DNA of 64,000 nucleotides, taken from NCBI GenBank assembly GCA_044356455.1, contig JBIKWF010000002.1:67202-131201 (forward strand). The letters run 5' to 3'. Numbering within the stretch: position 1 is the first letter of the stretch; each line of letters opens with the position of its first letter. The notes beneath the pieces were generated by a model, which saw only the letters and a list, made by a program, of their open reading frames with translations, ran no database searches and was not told where the DNA came from. The translations under genes were made by a program, and so were the position numbers. Source of the DNA: Bdellovibrionota bacterium. GTDB taxonomy: Bacteria; Bdellovibrionota_C; UBA2361; JBGSMV01. Shown piece after piece: positions 58,150-64,000 of this stretch.

Positions 58150-58770
58150 ATGAAAGTACTTGTTCTTGGACCACATACCGACGACGCCGAATTCGGCTGC
58201 GGCGCCACGATGGCGAAGTATCTAGAGCAGGGAGCTGAGGTTTTTGTCCACGTATTTTCAGCCTGCGAGCAGTCCGTACCAGCGCCATTTCCGACTGATG
58301 CTCTCGTAAAGGAGTGCCGCGCATCGATGAATCTCCTTGGGATTCCAAGTTCGCATGTGATCATCGATAAATTCCCCGTGAGAAAATTCGGAGAACATCG
58401 GCAGGACATTCTCGAAAAGATGGTCAAGACTCGAAAGGAACTTGCGCCGGATCTTGTCTTCGCGCCCTCCCTCAATGACACGCATCAAGATCACCAAGTC
58501 ATCGCGCAAGAAACGTTTCGAGCATTTAAGTCTGCAAGCGTTTATGGCTATGAGATGCCGTGGAATATGATTACGTTTTCTAACACCACGTTCTCAGCTC
58601 TCGAAGAGAGGCATCTCAACGTAAAGATTGGGTGCCTGAAGTGCTATGAGACCCAAACCTTTCGTGACTATGCGAGCCCCGAAATGGTGAGAAGCCTTGC
58701 GACCGTGCGCGGCGTGCAAGGGTGCCGCAAACTTGCAGAGGCTTTTGAAACGTATCGTTCTTTTCTTTAG
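58150..58770 (+). CDS. PIG-L/LmbE-family N-acetylglucosaminyl deacetylase
   Basis: VLVLGPHTDDAEFGCG matches the (A)HPDDE zinc-binding signature. Confidence 0.75.
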   Translation: MKVLVLGPHTDDAEFGCGATMAKYLEQGAEVFVHVFSACEQSVPAPFPTDALVKECRASMNLLGIPSSHVIIDKFPVRKFGEHRQDILEKMVKTRKELAPDLVFAPSLNDTHQDHQVIAQETFRAFKSASVYGYEMPWNMITFSNTTFSALEERHLNVKIGCLKCYETQTFRDYASPEMVRSLATVRGVQGCRKLAEAFETYRSFL

Positions 58771-59016
58771 CGAAAGTGACTCAAAGCCTGCCTGTGTTGC
58801 TAATCAACTGGAATTCTTAACTACAAATCCGCGTGGGCGCAGCTTTCAGAGGAAATCGAGGGTGTCCCTTGGCAGGCGCGATCAGCCCCTTAGTCGACTA
58901 TTTTCAACCTTCTGAATTACCGAATTAGAGCCAGGACTAAGTAGCTTGAGTTAGAATCGCATTTTAGTGAGACTTGGAGCACTGACGGGTAATACTCACC
59001 TCGGAGCACTGCACCT

Positions 59017-60354
59017 ATGCGAATGTTCAACTTGGCACTCTGCTTCTTATTCTGTCTGCTTTTCGGTGCGTTCGAGGGCATGGCCTTCGGCCAGGAGGGG
59101 GTGGTAGTCGGAAAGACGAAATCAGTGCCTGGATTTCGAGCGGGGAACATTCGCGCATACCAATTGGATAAGCCTACGCCCATGGTTGCTGGCTCTATCA
59201 GCCGCAGCGGGAAGTACTCGCTTGAATTGCCGCCTGGCAAGTTTGCGCTCATCACCTCCATGTTTGGAAAGCGCGGGCCCGTGACCAAGATTGCTTTTGC
59301 TTCAGTGAAGAAGGGAAAGCGAGTCACGCCACGAAGCCCTCAAGCGGCAGCGGCGCTTAGTGCCACGGCAGAAACTCGTATCAGCGTTGGAAATGTTTTG
59401 GCTCGCGGCCCCCAAGGGCAAACCTATCGAAATCCAGAGGGACGTCCGATCACCTTCGATGACATTCTGATTACGGATTTAGTTCTGGCTCCCAAATCCT
59501 GCTCTGTGGCAGTAGTCGAGGATCGAAAGTTTGGGCGCTTTCAGGATGTCCTTAAAGAGCTTCGACGACAATCTTCTGCTCTCTTCTCGGAGCCTATTGA
59601 TCTTAAGGCAGCAACCAAAGTCCTGAACGCCAATGCGCCTCAGTTTCGTATTACGGGGTCAGTCGGAGTGCTCAATGACACGCTCGAGTCTGATGGCACT
59701 GCTTCTATGCAGATTGTGGATCTTAAATCGGGAAGAGTTGTTGCAAGCCAAGAACTAAGCGGTCTTCCGACGAGCCTTGAGACGCTTTTCGAGGCGATAG
59801 CTCAGCGTATGCTTAGTCAGCTTTGTATCCCTCAGCGTATACAGGGGACTTTTGCCGGAATCGATCGCATCAGGCTACCTGACGCCACCGTGGATTATGA
59901 ATGGCAAGGCTCGGCAACTTTGGCGCTGCAATCGATTCTTCCGCCTGACCCTAACAATCCAAGTGCAGGCAATATCGCTTTTTATGCGCTTGAGACGGCG
60001 AACATCGACTCGTATCGCAAGACAGGCACTTTGGGAGGTTGTCAGGCCTCGGTTGACGTTTCACAGGTGAGTCCGCAGCCGCCGTCAACAGGTGCGATGC
60101 TACTTTATCTCTCACCCGTCGCAGGCCTTGGGTTTCAGTACGACCTTTCGGTAGCTCTTCTAAATTTCAGCGCAGGGATTGAAACCAGGATCTGCCCAAA
60201 TGGGACCGAGCAAAGCCCGCAGGAGGTAACTGCCGAACTCTCGGTAACCTCTGACGCAGTACCCGTGCGTTATGCCCCTTCATTTGCTCGTTTCACGGGT
60301 TCCCAAATTATTGGCACGGTGACTATGCAGTGGGACTTCGCTCCACTGCCCTAG
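59017..60354 (+). CDS. secreted hypothetical protein
   Basis: Signal peptide MRMFNLALCFLFCLLFGAFEGMAFG. Confidence 0.45.
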   Translation: MRMFNLALCFLFCLLFGAFEGMAFGQEGVVVGKTKSVPGFRAGNIRAYQLDKPTPMVAGSISRSGKYSLELPPGKFALITSMFGKRGPVTKIAFASVKKGKRVTPRSPQAAAALSATAETRISVGNVLARGPQGQTYRNPEGRPITFDDILITDLVLAPKSCSVAVVEDRKFGRFQDVLKELRRQSSALFSEPIDLKAATKVLNANAPQFRITGSVGVLNDTLESDGTASMQIVDLKSGRVVASQELSGLPTSLETLFEAIAQRMLSQLCIPQRIQGTFAGIDRIRLPDATVDYEWQGSATLALQSILPPDPNNPSAGNIAFYALETANIDSYRKTGTLGGCQASVDVSQVSPQPPSTGAMLLYLSPVAGLGFQYDLSVALLNFSAGIETRICPNGTEQSPQEVTAELSVTSDAVPVRYAPSFARFTGSQIIGTVTMQWDFAPLP

Positions 60355-60577
60355 TCGAAAGTTCTAGCTTTAACTAATCCCGCCAGGAGCGTGCCCTTGG
60401 GACGCCGACCTACTGCTGCCACGGAAGCAGAAGGGGAGACCGTCATCGCTGCTAAACAGATATAATCATTGATACAAGTCCACCCAAAGAGAGGACGCAT
60501 CGGGGGAGGGGCCCCGGAGATTTAAAATGGCACAAAGGAACTCCAAGAGAGCATAACGCATATGCCCGCTTCAAGAT

Positions 60578-62299
60578 TTGTGTATGCGACTCATTCAACC
60601 AAAAGACCGAATTCCAAAGATAGTTCACCCCGCGCTCATTCCTCCTGAAAGTGACCTCTCTTTAGAAGAACCGGGCGGACAAGGTACTGCTGCCTTGATG
60701 GACTGCTCCCTGCCCTGGGACCCAGAAACTAAGACGGTAATTCTGCGCAGAAATAGGCAGCCAAGTGGCGATGAGCTGGTTAGTACCAATGTCACTTGGC
60801 GAACGATTCTCGGTTCTCCCGGAGGGTGGAACTGGGGCTACCGTGGTTCAGGAGCGCAGGATCTTGCGATAAATATTCTCACACAGTTTATCCCAGCCGG
60901 AACGGACGGCTTCGAACCGATAGTTGGTCAGCGTGGACATTGTTCACGAACGGCCCACGAATTAGGGCCAAAGTTCGTCGCGCAATTTTTAGTAGGTCTA
61001 CCTCATAGAGGAGGTGAGATCCTTGGCTCCGATATAGAATCATGGATTCAGAAGGAACGCGGAGTGAAAGTTAACTCGCCTTCACTCCCACGCTTGGCAG
61101 CGTTCACCTTGGAGCCAACTGCATCAGGATTTGAGAGAGGGCGAATCCGAGATGAGCCGAAACGTACCGTTGCTACCTTAGGCTTTCAGATACTCGACCT
61201 CACGAAAGAGTTCGAGAATAATTCGAAAGAATTTGAAAAACGCCTCACCGAGGTTCAACGCGATGCGCTGGCTGCCACCAAGCAATCCATGAGGGGCGTT
61301 TCTAATCGCAGGCAAATCAGAGCAGCTCCTTACCGAAGCCTCTTCGCACTCGCACATTCGCTCCATGCTCTCGATGTAGAGTACTTTAGGAGTGAAATAG
61401 AGGGACGCGATCCAAATACCGCGCCTCTTATTCGGACCCTTCCCGCAAAACTCCAGCAAGTCGTCGAGGAGCGAGTTCGGCTGCATGAACAAAAGGCCCG
61501 GAACACGGCCGATATAGTGACAAATATTCCGCACGATGAAATCGTCAGAGCAGCTGCAAAACAAGACCTTCAGGGCCTAACGGTAAGTGCGTTGGGTTCC
61601 ACTCTCGTGCTGTCAGGTGAGCTTTTCGATATCCAGGACGCCGCTCGCGGAATATTCGATCCGACGGACAGCTTTGTCCGCATCCATCAGGTGGGAGGCC
61701 TAGCGACAACAGTTAACATAAGAGGAACGCCAGTCGATTTGTTGCTTCTGCCGCTGGAGCGAAGAGACTTCGATCTTAAAACGATCCTTGAAGAGCGCCA
61801 GGTCATTATTCATGAGAGGCAGCATAGACTTTGGGCTCGTGGTTCAGCTCCAAATACCGAGATTGTTCCGACTAACCCAGATCAGAAATTGCGGTATCAT
61901 GCCAAGGAATGCGCACAGATTCTTTACAGCTCATTCATGGATGAATTCACCGCGATGGTCTACGACGGGAATCTAAGCAACCTGAGGTACCTCAATTTAA
62001 GAGGAAGCAACTATGATTACGTTCGCTCACAGAGAGAACATCTGATCGAAGATCTGCGCACCAAGAATCCTGGCCGCACGGAAGGAAACCTACAGTCCAC
62101 CTACGATAAAGTTGCAGCCTCGTTCCTCGATGCAACGAGAAAATTCACTGACGTCTTTCATTCCTTCGACCAGCCCTCACAAATAGTTGTAATGCGAGCA
62201 CTCGAACTCTGCCCTCCGCATGAGGCTTATAAGCACATAGTTCGCATGCGAGATTTGGCTCCCGAGCTTGGGCTCACGCTAAAAGCATCAACTCGGTAG
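60578..62299 (+). CDS. large hypothetical protein with an HExxH motif
   Basis: 573-aa ORF. Contains IIHERQHRLW and an N-terminal WNWGYRGSGAQDLAINIL segment. No family recognised. Confidence 0.4.
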   Translation: MCMRLIQPKDRIPKIVHPALIPPESDLSLEEPGGQGTAALMDCSLPWDPETKTVILRRNRQPSGDELVSTNVTWRTILGSPGGWNWGYRGSGAQDLAINILTQFIPAGTDGFEPIVGQRGHCSRTAHELGPKFVAQFLVGLPHRGGEILGSDIESWIQKERGVKVNSPSLPRLAAFTLEPTASGFERGRIRDEPKRTVATLGFQILDLTKEFENNSKEFEKRLTEVQRDALAATKQSMRGVSNRRQIRAAPYRSLFALAHSLHALDVEYFRSEIEGRDPNTAPLIRTLPAKLQQVVEERVRLHEQKARNTADIVTNIPHDEIVRAAAKQDLQGLTVSALGSTLVLSGELFDIQDAARGIFDPTDSFVRIHQVGGLATTVNIRGTPVDLLLLPLERRDFDLKTILEERQVIIHERQHRLWARGSAPNTEIVPTNPDQKLRYHAKECAQILYSSFMDEFTAMVYDGNLSNLRYLNLRGSNYDYVRSQREHLIEDLRTKNPGRTEGNLQSTYDKVAASFLDATRKFTDVFHSFDQPSQIVVMRALELCPPHEAYKHIVRMRDLAPELGLTLKASTR

Positions 62300-62503
62300 C
62301 ATTGTCCCCTCGGGACACCCACTCTCATGCATAACGGGCAAACCCTCAGAGCCCAACACGCCGCTAACTAGCTAGAATCATTGCCCACAGGTCCGCAAGG
62401 GCAAGGATTACAGCAGGAGGAAGAGATTCTCTACGAAAGCGGCACATGACTACCTCTCCTCCCCATAACCCTAGCAGGCTGCCGTTTTTTTCTATCGGTT
62501 CAA

Positions 62504-63796
62504 ATGTCTCTTACTACCACCCATACCCGCCTTCCCGGGCGAGAAGAGTTGCTCCGCGTCGCAACAGACTCAGAGAGAGATCCTATCGCTGGCAATCTAC
62601 TTCGACATTTTGCTGCCGCACGAGAGTCCTTCGGCCAAAGACTTCCCGAGGACTGGGAAGACCCAGCTCTTAGAGCAGTGATAGACCCGCTGCTCGACGC
62701 AACAAGAGCAGTGGTGACCGCGAGGAAGCTTTCCATTGACGAGGTGGTTTCTCCTCAAGTCCCCGAGCACTCTTTTGCGGTCTTCAGATTTCGGCAGGAC
62801 GAAAGCCCCCTGGGGAGTGTCGCTCGTAGATACAACGAGCGATTCGGGGGAAAGCTGGGATTCGATCCAGCAACACTCGCATTGTCTCATGCGGAAACGA
62901 TTCACTCACATTCAGGCTTCGTATCCGTGTCGTGTGACGAACTCCTTCTTGGTCGGCCACTCAGCTCTACCCACCATGAACTTTACCATGCCGCGTCTGA
63001 CCACCACCTTAGCCTAGGCCACACGAGTCCAGACGCCTTCTCTTTTCGCGCTCGCAGTGAAAACACCCTTTTCTCTGCATTCGGTCAACTACCGGGATCC
63101 GAAGTGTTTGCTCCGCTATACGGGGGTATTAAGGCTCTTGAGGAATTAAGAAGCTGCGAGGATCCTCACCTTTCGCGTTTTATCCTCCGCGATGCGGGAG
63201 CTTCATTCGGTGAGGCGATAAGCTGCAGCGCGGCAATGAAAGCAGGGGTGAAGAACGGTATTCTGGGAACTGTGAGCGAGCTCCACGCCGCGGCAGCCGC
63301 AGGACTGCTCGTCGTTGATAGATCTGAATTTGAAACGGAGGGCAAGATAACTCTTAGGGTTCCCTTCCGCTGGGGAAGCCAAACCGAAACAGGTGCGCCC
63401 GAAATCACTCTATTCACCAAAGCCTCAGAGGAAGAGCCCAATATTAGGATTGTCCGGCTTAAAGGAAACGATCAATCCTGGAGCATTGTTTGCTCGATGC
63501 CCGCGGCAACAGTAAGCGACAACCTAACCGCCCTCGCTCAGGAGATAAAAGTTAACGAGAATATCAACGCTTCCGAGGTGCTTCAGACAAAGGCCATTCA
63601 AGGGGTTATTCAAACGATAAAAGATGACGCGCGCGCATTCTTAAGGACCTTGATTGAGGCCGAAAGTCTCGCGAATGACCTTAGAGATATCACACTGAAA
63701 GCACTTAGCGGCACCGCTCCTAACCAAAGAGAGCTTGACGAAATCATGCAAGACGCGAGGAGTCTGTTCCCCGCAGTCCAACAGGCGCTCCAGTAA
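62504..63796 (+). CDS. hypothetical protein with an HExxH motif
   Basis: 430-aa ORF. Contains STHHELYHAASDHH. Confidence 0.4.
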   Translation: MSLTTTHTRLPGREELLRVATDSERDPIAGNLLRHFAAARESFGQRLPEDWEDPALRAVIDPLLDATRAVVTARKLSIDEVVSPQVPEHSFAVFRFRQDESPLGSVARRYNERFGGKLGFDPATLALSHAETIHSHSGFVSVSCDELLLGRPLSSTHHELYHAASDHHLSLGHTSPDAFSFRARSENTLFSAFGQLPGSEVFAPLYGGIKALEELRSCEDPHLSRFILRDAGASFGEAISCSAAMKAGVKNGILGTVSELHAAAAAGLLVVDRSEFETEGKITLRVPFRWGSQTETGAPEITLFTKASEEEPNIRIVRLKGNDQSWSIVCSMPAATVSDNLTALAQEIKVNENINASEVLQTKAIQGVIQTIKDDARAFLRTLIEAESLANDLRDITLKALSGTAPNQRELDEIMQDARSLFPAVQQALQ

Positions 63797-63833
63797 ACGG
63801 TTCGAGGCCTCACTGCCAGCGAGAAGAACAGAC

Positions 63834-64000
63834 TACGACTTGCCGACAAGATTCTTCATGGCTTTTAGGAGCGCCTTATATTCCCCGCTCTCTCTTGCAG
63901 GCGAGCCCATAACGGTTGCGCCTTCTGCCACATCTGAAACTACCACCGCACCAAGGCCGATAAGGCTATGCGCTCCAATTTTTATGCTCTCACGCACCGC
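63834..64000 (-). CDS. hexapeptide-repeat sugar acyltransferase (NeuD/PglD-like), C-terminal part. The gene continues beyond the window
   Basis: The minus-strand translation ...IGAHSLIGLGAVVVSDVAEGATVMGSPAR... is a left-handed beta-helix hexapeptide signature. The stop is at 63834-63836. Confidence 0.6.

Overview
This 64-kb window comes from a bacterial chromosome of moderate GC content. Housekeeping genes (gyrA, gpsA, pepA, trxB, accC, copA, and rluA-family and gmhA genes) are interleaved with accessory regions. The non-routine content I can support from the sequence is: (1) a cyclodipeptide synthase (CDPS, AlbC-like) gene divergently paired with a tandem Lrp/AsnC regulator; (2) a 913-aa protein whose C-terminal two thirds consists of 8 near-identical ~81-aa tandem repeats of a type I do not recognise, with the last repeat truncated next to a MITE-like element; (3) a family of at least 9 MITE-like palindromic elements of about 100-400 bp with terminal inverted repeats close to TTAGGGAACCTCTGAAAAA, sitting immediately after gene ends and in at least two cases supplying the stop codon; (4) a CDP-3,6-dideoxyhexose-type cluster (ddhA, ddhB, ddhC-like) that also carries a Cys-rich glycosyltransferase-like gene and an HldE-like heptose kinase/nucleotidyltransferase with permuted domain order; (5) a second sugar-modification cluster with three SDR epimerase/dehydratases, two tandem DegT aminotransferase paralogs, a split transketolase, a HAD hydrolase, an APH-type kinase, a methyltransferase and a PIG-L deacetylase; (6) two secreted collagen-like (G-X-Y) proteins flanking a TadE/Flp-like pilin gene and an IS1182-like remnant; (7) a frameshifted GNAT gene, an IS transposase N-terminal fragment, and three large hypothetical proteins, two of which carry HExxH motifs. 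No rRNA, convincing tRNA or CRISPR array was found.
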